Under the pieces are notes generated by a model. The model worked only from the letters and a program-made list of their open reading frames with translations, was not told the origin of the DNA and did not search any database. A stretch of 39,788 bases of DNA from a virus: the IMG/VR virus record IMGVR_UViG_3300029412_000011; one strand, 5' to 3'. Numbering within the stretch: position 1 is the first letter of the stretch; each line of letters begins with the position of its first letter. Shown here one piece after another: positions 26,620 through 34,796 of this stretch. Both the position numbers and the translations under genes were made by a program.

Positions 26620-27048
26620 ATGTTACATGAAGTTTTTAAATTGTTAGCAGGAAATTCATTTTTTGAGATTTTATTGATTGCGGTAGCCCTGGATACAATA
26701 CTGGGAGTACTGCGTGCAATCAAGGAACACAAATTTAATTCTTGTGTGGGAATTGACGGAGCAATCAGAAAGGTAGCCATGTTGCTCTCTGTAGGTCTAT
26801 TAATGTTGACAGATATTATTATGCATATCAATGTTCTGTTTATGGTTCCGGATAAATATATTCAGTTGTTGGGCATTCAGAAGATGGGAGTATGTGAATT
26901 TTTCTGCCTTTTATTTGTATTGTATGAAGCTGTTAGCATTTTAAAGAATATGACCCTGTGCGGTTTACCTGTTCCGGAGCGAATGAAAGAGTACATACAG
27001 AAATTTTTAGATGATATGACAGATGAATTGTCAAAAGAGGAGGAGTAA
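26620..27048 (+). CDS. Holin (toxin-secretion/phage-lysis holin family)
   Basis: LLIAVALDTILGVLRAIKEHKFNSCVGIDGAIRKVAMLL matches the holin family-4 signature. Has TM helices and lies directly before the endolysin gene. Confidence 0.8.
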   Translation: MLHEVFKLLAGNSFFEILLIAVALDTILGVLRAIKEHKFNSCVGIDGAIRKVAMLLSVGLLMLTDIIMHINVLFMVPDKYIQLLGIQKMGVCEFFCLLFVLYEAVSILKNMTLCGLPVPERMKEYIQKFLDDMTDELSKEEE

Positions 27049-27050
27049 AC

Positions 27051-27929
27051 ATGAAGAAATTAATTGATGTATCGAGTTATAATGGAGTCGTAAGCTGGGA
27101 GAAGGCAAAGGCATACGGATGTCAGGGAGCTATCTTAAAGATTATTCGCAAAGATTTAAAGATTGATAACGGTTTCAACAGAAATTATCAGGCCTGCAAT
27201 GAAAATGAGCTTGCGTGGGGAGTATATAATTATTCCTACGCAACTACAGCCACAAAAGCTAAAAGTGACATGAAACTTGTCTGCGATATTCTTGATAAGA
27301 TTGACAAAACACATTTTGTCTATGGCGTGTGGTTTGACCTGGAAGATAAAGCGCAGGCAAGCCTAAGTAAAACAAAGATTGCCGAAATCGTTAACGCCGC
27401 ACAACAGGTTGTAGAGGAGAGAGGTTATTTGTTTGGTGTTTATACTGGTATGAGCTACTACAACGAACATATTGATAGAAAACTCGTAAAGTGTAATAAT
27501 TGGTGGATTGCCCGTTATTATCGTGGGGATGCTCGTATGCAGATTGCAACAAATCCGGACCAGGAGAAAAAACCTGCCGCAGCCAACATTGCATGGCAGT
27601 ACACATCTAAAGGACGTTTCCCAAAGACGATTTCAAACGGTAACAGCGGAAACTTTGACTTAAATGTACTTTATAAAGAGCCAGTGAAGAAAAAAGTTGA
27701 AGAAAATACAAAGAAACCTGTTAAGAAAAAGATTGTATACTATCCACGATATAAGGGAAAATCTAGTTCGATTGTAGATGCATTGAAATCGTTAAGTATC
27801 AATCCTTCGAAGAGTAACCGCAAAAAGATTGCAACCTTAAACGGGATTAAAAATTATACTGGCAGTGCAATGCAGAATACAAGGCTGCTGAATCTTCTAA
27901 AGAAAGGCAAGCTTATTAAGAGTAAATAA
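27051..27929 (+). CDS. Endolysin: GH25 muramidase with a C-terminal putative cell-wall-binding domain
   Basis: N-terminal IDVSSYNGVVSWEKAKAYGCQGAILKIIRKD is typical of GH25. The basic linker and the C-terminal NYTGSAMQNTRLLNLLKKGKL module resemble clostridial lysins. Confidence 0.85.
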   Translation: MKKLIDVSSYNGVVSWEKAKAYGCQGAILKIIRKDLKIDNGFNRNYQACNENELAWGVYNYSYATTATKAKSDMKLVCDILDKIDKTHFVYGVWFDLEDKAQASLSKTKIAEIVNAAQQVVEERGYLFGVYTGMSYYNEHIDRKLVKCNNWWIARYYRGDARMQIATNPDQEKKPAAANIAWQYTSKGRFPKTISNGNSGNFDLNVLYKEPVKKKVEENTKKPVKKKIVYYPRYKGKSSSIVDALKSLSINPSKSNRKKIATLNGIKNYTGSAMQNTRLLNLLKKGKLIKSK

Positions 27930-27942
27930 GTTACACCATAAG

Positions 27943-27986
27943 TTCCATCATAAGTGAGCAATAGAAATAGCACACTTATGATGGAA
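27943..27986. other. 14-bp perfect inverted repeat (TTCCATCATAAGTG ...16 nt... CACTTATGATGGAA) between the convergent endolysin and recombinase genes: attP candidate or transcription barrier
   Basis: Read directly from the sequence. No U-tract on either side. This is the canonical attP location (lysis | attP | int). Confidence 0.4.
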
Positions 27987-27999
27987 TTGATAAAAATAT

Positions 28000-29556
28000 T
28001 TAAATAAGAGGAGTTATATCAATCTCAAAAGTGCTTTTTCTCCAACGATTTCCTTTTTCCTTATCAGTTGTATATGTTATTTTTTTTATACATTTTTTTA
28101 GTAGCATATTTTTTTGTAAAATATCTATATCTGGATTCTTTAAGGCTTCCACAGTATCTGTAAAGGATATAATTTTTTCTTGGTAGTCAATTTTAACGGG
28201 TTCTTGCACCTTTGCTTCTTGAAGTTTGTCTAATAATACTTCACGCTCTTCTAATAACTTTTGCCGCCGCTTTTTGAATAATTCTGGAGTATAAATTTTG
28301 TTTTCTAACATTTCATATTGCGTTTCTTCTCGAACCTCTAGGTCTTGTAATTGTTTGCTTAAAACAGAAATAATTTGAGAGCGAACATTGAAGGAATTTC
28401 CGTCATCATTTTCTAATTTAACTTTAAAATCTTCAATATAGCATTCAAGAGCACTAATTATTTGATTTATAACATCTGTTGCTTTTGCTGATTTAGTATG
28501 GCAATTAGATTGATTATTGCATAAGTATCGAGGAGACTGCTTTTCGCTTCCGGCATCATTCTTATATGTCTTGTAACTCATTGCTCGGCCACAATTACCG
28601 CAAAATATTAATCCGGCCAAAGGGTTTATAAGTTTACTACTACTATGATTTCTTGGAGTCTTACCGTTGCACTCCTGGGCAGAATCAAAAAGAGTTTCAT
28701 CAATGATAGCTTCATGAATGCCATCTGAAATAATAGAATCATTCAAGGCTATAGGCCTTGTTTTAAGTAAAGATTCGTTTTTATATTTCATTACAGTTTT
28801 CCTGCGATTCCATCTAACCTTACCAATATATACCGGATTGTGTAAAATTTCTTTTAAACTATATGGACTCCAAGAGGTAGATTTTCTAGGTTTTATGTTC
28901 ATGGTATTTAATTTGTTTGCAATGGCAGCGTAACTCAGCGATTCATTTACATATAAATGGTAGATGAGCTGAACAACCGTTGCCTCATCAGAATTAGGCT
29001 TCAAAGTATTTACTGTGTGCTTATTTTCTTTGTAAGAATATTTATCGTAACCATACGGAGCGGTACTCCCAATATACTGTCCAGACCTTACAGAAGCAAT
29101 ACGTCCCCTAGCTTGAATCATTTTATAATATTCAAGATAATCAGAACCCTTATCTAATTCCATCTTGAACAACTTTAAATCAAAGTCATTATTCAAATCA
29201 AAAGTTTTATAAGGAGTGATGATTTTTGTATTAGTATATTTAAATACATTAATTAAATGCCCCTTATCAAGCAAATCTCCACGTGTTAAACGTTGTGGAT
29301 CAACAACAAATACCCCTTTAATTTTTTTTGACTCCATCACCTTTAATATCTGAGATATAACAGGTCTATCTGTGATTGTTTCGCCAGATACAACCTCTCG
29401 AAAGATTTTATCTTCAGGAATACGATTGCCTAAAGTGCGTTCAGCGAGTGACTGGAGTTCTGATTCGTGTTTTGCAAATACTTCTTCTAAACTAGATTTT
29501 TCGCTATCTGCACGAGACTTTCTCAAATAGATTACATAAGTTTCATTTTCCTGCAT
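28000..29556 (-). CDS. Large serine recombinase (integrase), paralogue 1
   Basis: YLRKSRAD catalytic Ser region, recombinase domain (APYGYDK...NPVYIGKVRW), zinc ribbon (CGNCGRAMSY...YLCNN) and coiled-coil tail. Confidence 0.9.
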   Translation of the reverse strand: MQENETYVIYLRKSRADSEKSSLEEVFAKHESELQSLAERTLGNRIPEDKIFREVVSGETITDRPVISQILKVMESKKIKGVFVVDPQRLTRGDLLDKGHLINVFKYTNTKIITPYKTFDLNNDFDLKLFKMELDKGSDYLEYYKMIQARGRIASVRSGQYIGSTAPYGYDKYSYKENKHTVNTLKPNSDEATVVQLIYHLYVNESLSYAAIANKLNTMNIKPRKSTSWSPYSLKEILHNPVYIGKVRWNRRKTVMKYKNESLLKTRPIALNDSIISDGIHEAIIDETLFDSAQECNGKTPRNHSSSKLINPLAGLIFCGNCGRAMSYKTYKNDAGSEKQSPRYLCNNQSNCHTKSAKATDVINQIISALECYIEDFKVKLENDDGNSFNVRSQIISVLSKQLQDLEVREETQYEMLENKIYTPELFKKRRQKLLEEREVLLDKLQEAKVQEPVKIDYQEKIISFTDTVEALKNPDIDILQKNMLLKKCIKKITYTTDKEKGNRWRKSTFEIDITPLI

Positions 29557-29571
29557 TTTGAAACACCTCGC

Positions 29572-31086
29572 TTAAAATTTAAAATAAACATCCAATTTGA
29601 CTTTTGAGTGATATCTTACTCCCTCTATATCATAATCAATTCTTTCTATACATTTCTTTAATAAATGATTTTTTTCTTTTGGGGGCATAGATTCATCTTT
29701 TAAAGCAAGAAGTGCATCTTTAAAACGCATTTTCTTGTCGTTACAAGATTCAGGAGGAGGTATCAGGGAAAGGGTGTTGATTTTGCCAATGATTTCTTGT
29801 CGTTTTTTCTCTAACTCTGCATGGCGTTGTGTGAAAACACTGGTTGAATATACTTTTGTTTCAAGTAGTTCAAATAAAGTATCCTCTTTATTGTTCAGTC
29901 TAGTTAATTCCTGACGCAATTCTCTAATTTTTTCGTCTGAACCAGATGAATTACAGTCATGAAAGGTAATATCAAAATCATCTATAGCACACTGAATTGT
30001 GTCAATAACAGCCTCTATTACTAAATCATATCTCGATGATTGAACATCGCATAATTTGTTAGGGCATGCATAACGATGTCCTCCTCGTGATTCTGCTACA
30101 TTTAGTCTTGATATTTTTCTGCCGCATCTTTTACAGTACATAATTCCGTAAAGTGGATTTTTTAAAGAGCGGTCATTCGTAAAGGATTTATTTTTAGACA
30201 GACGTTCCTGAACAGACATAAACAAAACGTGATTAACTATTGCATCATGCTTCCCATCAAATAATAGATAATCGTGTCTTTCGGGGCGATATTTTTTTAA
30301 TTTTCCATCTTCCATTACCGTTTTATTGGGGGTAAATCCCCATCGTATTTTTCCGTCATACACAGGATTTGATAAAATCCGTTTCACGCTTCCTTTAGTC
30401 CATATCTGCTTGCTAGGAGGTATATATCCTTCTGCATTTAATTCGTTTGTAACCCCACATATTGTTTTCCCTTCGGCATACTTCTGGAATATTATTCGCA
30501 CGATTCTGGCTTCATCCTCTATGGGTTCTAAAGTGGTTACTTTGCCATAACGTACTTTTCTATAGCCAAAAGGTGGAATAGGTTGAATGAAATTACCAGC
30601 TCGCACAGATGCCAGCTTTCCTCTTGCTTGAACCATCTTATAATAATCCAGGTAATCGGCCCCGTGATTCAATTCCATTTTCAGTAATTTCATATCTGTT
30701 CCGGTAGTATCGTTTAAGTCATAAGTCTTATAGGGCGTTATAATTAAAGTATTAGTATATTTAAATGCATTGATTATATGCCCTTGGTCTAATAAATCAC
30801 CACGAGAAAGCCTCTGAGGGTCAACAACAAGGACTCCTGCTATTATTCCAGATTCCATCATTTTTAAGATTTCTTTCATCAAAGGCCTGTCTTTGATGGT
30901 TCCACCAGAGACTACTTCTCTAAAAATATATTTTTCAGGAATAAGCTCGCCAAATTCACGCTTGGCAAGGGATTGAAGTTCTTCTTCATGTCGCTTTAAA
31001 ATATTTTCAACATCTTGATTATATTCGTCAGCACGCGATTTTCTGAGATACATTAAATAAATGCCTTTTGAATCATTATAGTTCAT
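29572..31086 (-). CDS. Large serine recombinase (integrase), paralogue 2
   Basis: Same architecture (YLRKSRAD, PPFGYRK, NPVYDGKIRW, CKRCGRKIS...YACPN). Clearly paralogous to 28000..29556. Confidence 0.9.
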   Translation of the reverse strand: MNYNDSKGIYLMYLRKSRADEYNQDVENILKRHEEELQSLAKREFGELIPEKYIFREVVSGGTIKDRPLMKEILKMMESGIIAGVLVVDPQRLSRGDLLDQGHIINAFKYTNTLIITPYKTYDLNDTTGTDMKLLKMELNHGADYLDYYKMVQARGKLASVRAGNFIQPIPPFGYRKVRYGKVTTLEPIEDEARIVRIIFQKYAEGKTICGVTNELNAEGYIPPSKQIWTKGSVKRILSNPVYDGKIRWGFTPNKTVMEDGKLKKYRPERHDYLLFDGKHDAIVNHVLFMSVQERLSKNKSFTNDRSLKNPLYGIMYCKRCGRKISRLNVAESRGGHRYACPNKLCDVQSSRYDLVIEAVIDTIQCAIDDFDITFHDCNSSGSDEKIRELRQELTRLNNKEDTLFELLETKVYSTSVFTQRHAELEKKRQEIIGKINTLSLIPPPESCNDKKMRFKDALLALKDESMPPKEKNHLLKKCIERIDYDIEGVRYHSKVKLDVYFKF

Positions 31087-31144
31087 TGCTTACCTCCCTA
31101 AAAAAGGGTATAAAAAATACACCCTATGCAAACAGCAGGATGTA

Positions 31145-31234
31145 TGATATAATTTATTTGAGTTTATATATCAGTCATCCGATGATTGATAAGTTACGAA
31201 TCCGGTATTGCCAGTACCGGATTTTTTTATTTAT
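31145..31234 (+). ncRNA. Candidate small RNA: extended -10 promoter (TGATATAAT 31145-31153) followed about 45 nt later by a strong intrinsic terminator
   Basis: Terminator is AATCCGGTA-TTGCCAG-TACCGGATT (31200-31224) plus TTTTTTATTT. There is no plus-strand ORF upstream. An imperfect hairpin TCAGTCAT-CCG-ATGATTGA lies within. Confidence 0.3.
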
Positions 31235-31394
31235 AGGATTATTATACAGCGTACAGAACATATGTGCAAGGAAATGTTGAAAAATGATAATGGGATAAAG
31301 ACTTTTGTTGAAAATAGGGGAGGTTTCCGGAAACCTCCATGCGTGATTTTTTTAGTCAGTATACTAAAAAATGCGTATTTAGTCAGAAAACTGA

Positions 31395-31428
31395 CTACAA
31401 AAAACAGAGCAGCTTATTCGCTGCTCTG
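31395..31428 (-). terminator. Rho-independent terminator of the lipoprotein gene
   Basis: ACAGAGCAGC-TTATTC-GCTGCTCTGT 10-bp stem, with an A-run on the plus strand that gives a U-tract on the minus strand. Confidence 0.8.
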
Positions 31429-31455
31429 TTGTAAAGAGATAATAATTGTTAATTT

Positions 31456-32103
31456 TTATTGTAAAGAAATTTCTTCTACGACTTCATTTCCATTCGGCTC
31501 AAAGTTTTCGTTTGATGGAGCGTCGGCAGTATATTTTACTGACTTAATATCTTTTGCATCAGAGTTTTTGAAGAAGTACATTAATGTACCCTCATTTTTG
31601 ATTTTTCCGTTATATTCGCCATCCATACTGTCACTAAACCATACGTTAGGAGTAGTTTTTTCTTTTGTATCAGTTACCATGTTTGCCTGATCTGCATAAA
31701 AATATGTAGTATCATCAGAAGTATTTTCAACAGTCATATGTATAGCGACTAAAGCGCCTTTATCGCCTTTTTTCATCTCTGCGGCACTTGCAATATCATC
31801 ATTGTCAAAAGTCACATTCGATACTTGTATCTGGTCGATAGTATAGTTGATTGTGCCGGTAGTTCCCTTGATATCCAGCTCTTTATTTGTGTAGTAAATT
31901 TCTTTTGTAATCCCATCAGATTTTTCGACTTTTGGTTCATTTTCATTTGTTGCCTCGGCAGCAGCTTCTGCAGCAGCAGTAGTAGCCTCGGTCTCTGCCT
32001 TAGTATCCGCCTTGGATGAAGAATTTGTATTTCCGCCACCACAGGCAGTAAATGACAATGACATTACTGCAATTAAACTAAGAGCTAATAATTTCTTTTT
32101 CAT
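31456..32103 (-). CDS. Prophage lipoprotein (possibly DUF4352-like)
   Basis: Begins MKKKLLALSLIAVMSLSFTAC with a lipobox (LSFTAC). SD AAGGAGAA precedes ATG 32103; the track ORF extends to 32166. Confidence 0.75.
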   Translation of the reverse strand: MKKKLLALSLIAVMSLSFTACGGGNTNSSSKADTKAETEATTAAAEAAAEATNENEPKVEKSDGITKEIYYTNKELDIKGTTGTINYTIDQIQVSNVTFDNDDIASAAEMKKGDKGALVAIHMTVENTSDDTTYFYADQANMVTDTKEKTTPNVWFSDSMDGEYNGKIKNEGTLMYFFKNSDAKDIKSVKYTADAPSNENFEPNGNEVVEEISLQ

Positions 32104-32568
32104 AAGTTTTTTCTCCTTTTCCTCATATGAATAAAAATTTAAATAGTTATAAGTGCAATTATACACTAAAAATTGTGAAATGTATATAAGTATTGACCGT
32201 CTTTGTGAAATGATGAAAATATATTTTTTAAATCAAAAGGGGTCTTTCAAGAAAAGAAGACTGCATTAATTTATAGGAACATTTTTAAGAAAAAATTTCA
32301 GTATAGCACATCTGAAAGAAATCACTTTTTTATAAGCAAAAAGGGGAACGGGTGGTGGAAAGGATACGTTTTGAAGCTTTCTTACAAAAATTCTTTTGAT
32401 TTTAAATTTAGTACACTGGAACTGAAAGGAGGATTAATAAAATTATTTATTACGCAATCTATCATAATATAGATAGACCTGTAATTTTATTTTGCAAAGA
32501 AACATCGTATTTTTATCGTAAATAAGATAATCCTAAGTTAAAAGCTAAAAATGCCAATAGGAGACGAG

Positions 32569-32766
32569 ATGAAAATACTTTTAGCGGAGCAAATGAAAAG
32601 AAAAGGATTATCGTATAGACAGTTAGAAATTTTAACCGGCATCAGTAAATCTACATTGCATAATATTGCTACAGGAAAGAGAGTGCCGCGAATGGACACG
32701 ATGGAGAAGCTGGCGGAACATTTGCATGTAAGAATAGAAGATTTGTACGAATCAGAATACAAATGA
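32569..32766 (+). CDS. XRE-family HTH protein (65 aa)
   Basis: MKILLAEQMKRKGLSYRQLEILTGISKSTLHNIATGKR is a classic XRE HTH. Confidence 0.75.
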   Translation: MKILLAEQMKRKGLSYRQLEILTGISKSTLHNIATGKRVPRMDTMEKLAEHLHVRIEDLYESEYK

Positions 32767-32851
32767 AAAAATGTCCACGTTTATGGACAGGACGGTTTTT
32801 GTGGTGCGAAATGTGATACAATTTAGGAAATAAGTTGACAAAAATTACAAG

Positions 32852-32880
32852 TTGACGAAAGTATGTTCGTGCTGTATAAT
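32852..32880 (+). promoter_or_regulatory. Near-consensus sigma-A promoter (TTGACG, 17 nt, TATAAT)
   Basis: -35 at 32852-32857 and -10 at 32875-32880. A second AAGTTGAC repeat lies 17 nt upstream. Confidence 0.6.
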
Positions 32881-32925
32881 GAAACAAAATCGAACATATT
32901 TTCTGAAAAGAAAGGGGTACACAAA

Positions 32926-33051
32926 ATGAAGAAAAAGGAAAGGGTAAAAGACTATGGGAAATTGATTATTGATTTGGTAGATAAGATTGACGATCAGAAT
33001 AAATTGAAACGCATATATCAATTTGTGAAATACATATATGTTCATTCCTAG
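32926..33051 (+). CDS. Small basic protein (41 aa), unknown function
   Basis: Lies downstream of the consensus promoter and is followed by a strong bidirectional terminator. Internal start within track ORF 32863..33051. Confidence 0.4.
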   Translation: MKKKERVKDYGKLIIDLVDKIDDQNKLKRIYQFVKYIYVHS

Positions 33052-33055
33052 AGAT

Positions 33056-33103
33056 AAGAAAAAGGAGCTTTACACCAAGAATAGTGCGAGCTCCTTTTTC
33101 TTA
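33056..33103. terminator. Bidirectional terminator between convergent genes
   Basis: AAGAAAAAGGAGCT / AGCTCCTTTTTCTT 13-14-bp stem flanked by A- and T-runs. Confidence 0.75.
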
Positions 33104-33460
33104 TTCTTTTACAAATATTTTTTTAATTTGTTTTTTGATTGCATCTCTGGCATCTACCGGAAGCCCCAAGTAAAAATTTAAAATGTCTCGATCGTCATCG
33201 TCCAAGTCATATTCGATGCACAACTCATCCAGAATAGTCTCTGGCAGATCTTCAAACATTTCGCCATCGCCATATGTCAGGTAATCATAATTTACCTTAT
33301 ATTCACGGCAAATAGAGATAGTCATTTGCTCGGTGAGATTACGTTTTCCATTTTCAATGGCGGAAAGTGCTGCCTTTTTGACTCCTAATTTTTCGCCAAA
33401 TTTATCAAGTGTTAGGCCTAAAGTTTTCCGCACTTCTTTTATGCGTTCGCCCTGTGTCAT
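33101..33460 (-). CDS. CI-like XRE-family repressor
   Basis: Contains the HTH GERIKEVRKTLGLTLDKFGEKLGVKKAALSAIENGKR. Divergent from the early operon. Confidence 0.8.
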   Translation of the reverse strand: MTQGERIKEVRKTLGLTLDKFGEKLGVKKAALSAIENGKRNLTEQMTISICREYKVNYDYLTYGDGEMFEDLPETILDELCIEYDLDDDDRDILNFYLGLPVDARDAIKKQIKKIFVKE

Positions 33461-33522
33461 GTTTTTCCCTCCCTTCTGTTAATAAGACAATAGCACAGTC
33501 AAAAATAAAAATCAATAAAAAA

Positions 33523-33575
33523 GTTTACAAAATAGACAAAAAAGTATTGACATAATCTATTTTGTAAACTATAAT
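33523..33575 (+). promoter_or_regulatory. Early rightward promoter (TTGACA, 17 nt, TATAAT; perfect consensus) with a 14-bp inverted-repeat operator pair
   Basis: -35 at 33547-33552 and -10 at 33570-33575. GTTTACAAAATAGA (33523-33536) and TCTATTTTGTAAAC (33556-33569, inside the spacer) are exact reverse complements. Confidence 0.75.
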
Positions 33576-33608
33576 GTATGCATAGCAAACAGAAAGCGAG
33601 GTGAGAAC

Positions 33609-33767
33609 ATGACAATGGCAACAAAGAAAAACAATATCGAGGAACAGAAAAACGATTTAAGAGAAATGGCTTCTTTACTTAAAGAAATGAGCAAAGAAGA
33701 TAGAAAGAAACTTAAGTATGTCATGATGGGTATGCAGATAATGAAAGGTGCTGAGAAAGCCGGATAG
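33609..33767 (+). CDS. Small early protein (52 aa), below the ORF-track cut-off
   Basis: Hand translation gives MTMATKKNNIEEQKNDLREMASLLKEMSKEDRKKLKYVMMGMQIMKGAEKAG. It is the first ORF after the early promoter. Confidence 0.45.
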   Translation: MTMATKKNNIEEQKNDLREMASLLKEMSKEDRKKLKYVMMGMQIMKGAEKAG

Positions 33768-33860
33768 AAGGGGGATAATTAATCAAGAACCAATAAAAAT
33801 AGAAGACAGACAAGCTGTTGTACATAAACATGAATATGAACATAAATGAGGAGCAATTGA

Positions 33861-34019
33861 ATGGAAAAAGAAGTAATCACTTTGGAACGTGAAAATTGTG
33901 TTATTCGTATTCACAGACCTGATATTCCGGAGGAAGAAAGACAACGGAGAATGGAAGCGTTTAAGCAGGCAGCCGCAACATTTATGAAAGCTGTTTACAG
34001 ACAAAACCAAGGAATATGA
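33861..34019 (+). CDS. Small early protein (52 aa), below the ORF-track cut-off
   Basis: GAGGAG SD lies 7 nt before the ATG. Product is MEKEVITLERENCVIRIHRPDIPEEERQRRMEAFKQAAATFMKAVYRQNQGI, a motif type common in clostridial mobile elements. Confidence 0.5.
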   Translation: MEKEVITLERENCVIRIHRPDIPEEERQRRMEAFKQAAATFMKAVYRQNQGI

Positions 34020-34118
34020 AAAAAATGTGCCTGAGGGAGCGGCAACTCCCAATGAGGCACATAGGCAATAACTCAACTAAATTGTAACACAAAACCAGAA
34101 AAATGGAAGGAGAAAATT

Positions 34119-34391
34119 ATGATTACAGAAGAAAACAAGTTTTTAGGATTGGAAGAGATTAAGCTTTTGCTCGAAAAAGTATATGCAGCACAGCAGGCGG
34201 GAAATCATGTCATTTTTAGACATAGTAACTACTCGACAGAAGTAATTGCTATGGAGGGCGAAATCTCTGAGGAAAAAGAATGGGATAAGCAATTTTATAT
34301 GCATAATAACGCACCAGAGGAGCAGAAAGCTACATATAATGAATGCATTTTGTATCTTGAAAAACTGGCAGGTGAGAAACATGATAATTAA
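34119..34391 (+). CDS. Hypothetical acidic early protein (90 aa)
   Basis: GGAAGGAG SD upstream of the ATG; coding-like composition. Confidence 0.6.
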   Translation: MITEENKFLGLEEIKLLLEKVYAAQQAGNHVIFRHSNYSTEVIAMEGEISEEKEWDKQFYMHNNAPEEQKATYNECILYLEKLAGEKHDN

Positions 34392-34510
34392 TTTTTTACT
34401 GAAAAAATATAGCCAAAATGAATCGGCTCTGCAGTTACAGCCTGCGTCTCTGCTGTATCAGAGACGCAAGGCAGCACTAACTGAATTGATTGTAATGGAT
34501 ATGAAACGAA

Positions 34511-34663
34511 ATGGAGCATTCCAGAAATAAAGAAAACCCAGCGAAAATTATTCGCTGGAAGGATGGACAATTAGAATGTTTCTGCGGAACATTAGCAGAG
34601 ACGGAAGATTATGCAAAGAACAAATCAAAAGTGATCAAACAAACCTATATCATTATTACATGA
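34511..34663 (+). CDS. Possible small ORF (50 aa)
   Basis: Hand translation gives MEHSRNKENPAKIIRWKDGQLECFCGTLAETEDYAKNKSKVIKQTYIIIT. The SD is weak. Confidence 0.25.
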   Translation: MEHSRNKENPAKIIRWKDGQLECFCGTLAETEDYAKNKSKVIKQTYIIIT

Positions 34664-34796
34664 AAAAGAGGAGGCAAATAACTGTCTCCTCTTAGTAGCA
34701 AATACCAAAGATGGTACGCTATAAAACCGTATCTAAAGTGTACTATCTGAAATTTAAAATGTCAAGAAATAATCGGGTGAAAGTCCCGTATTAACC

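Noticed and set aside
31208-31690. 160-aa plus-strand ORF
   Set aside because: It runs through two terminators and is antisense to the lipoprotein gene. It has no SD and an implausible composition.
32926-33051. Small 41-aa protein behind a consensus promoter as an arbitrium-type (AimP-like) signalling peptide
   Set aside because: It has no N-terminal signal sequence and there is no adjacent TPR/AimR-like receptor. The neighbouring HTH protein is only 65 aa.
33783-34076. 97-aa minus-strand ORF
   Set aside because: It opposes the direction of the early operon. The plus strand has a better-supported 52-aa ORF with a GAGGAG SD (33861..34019).
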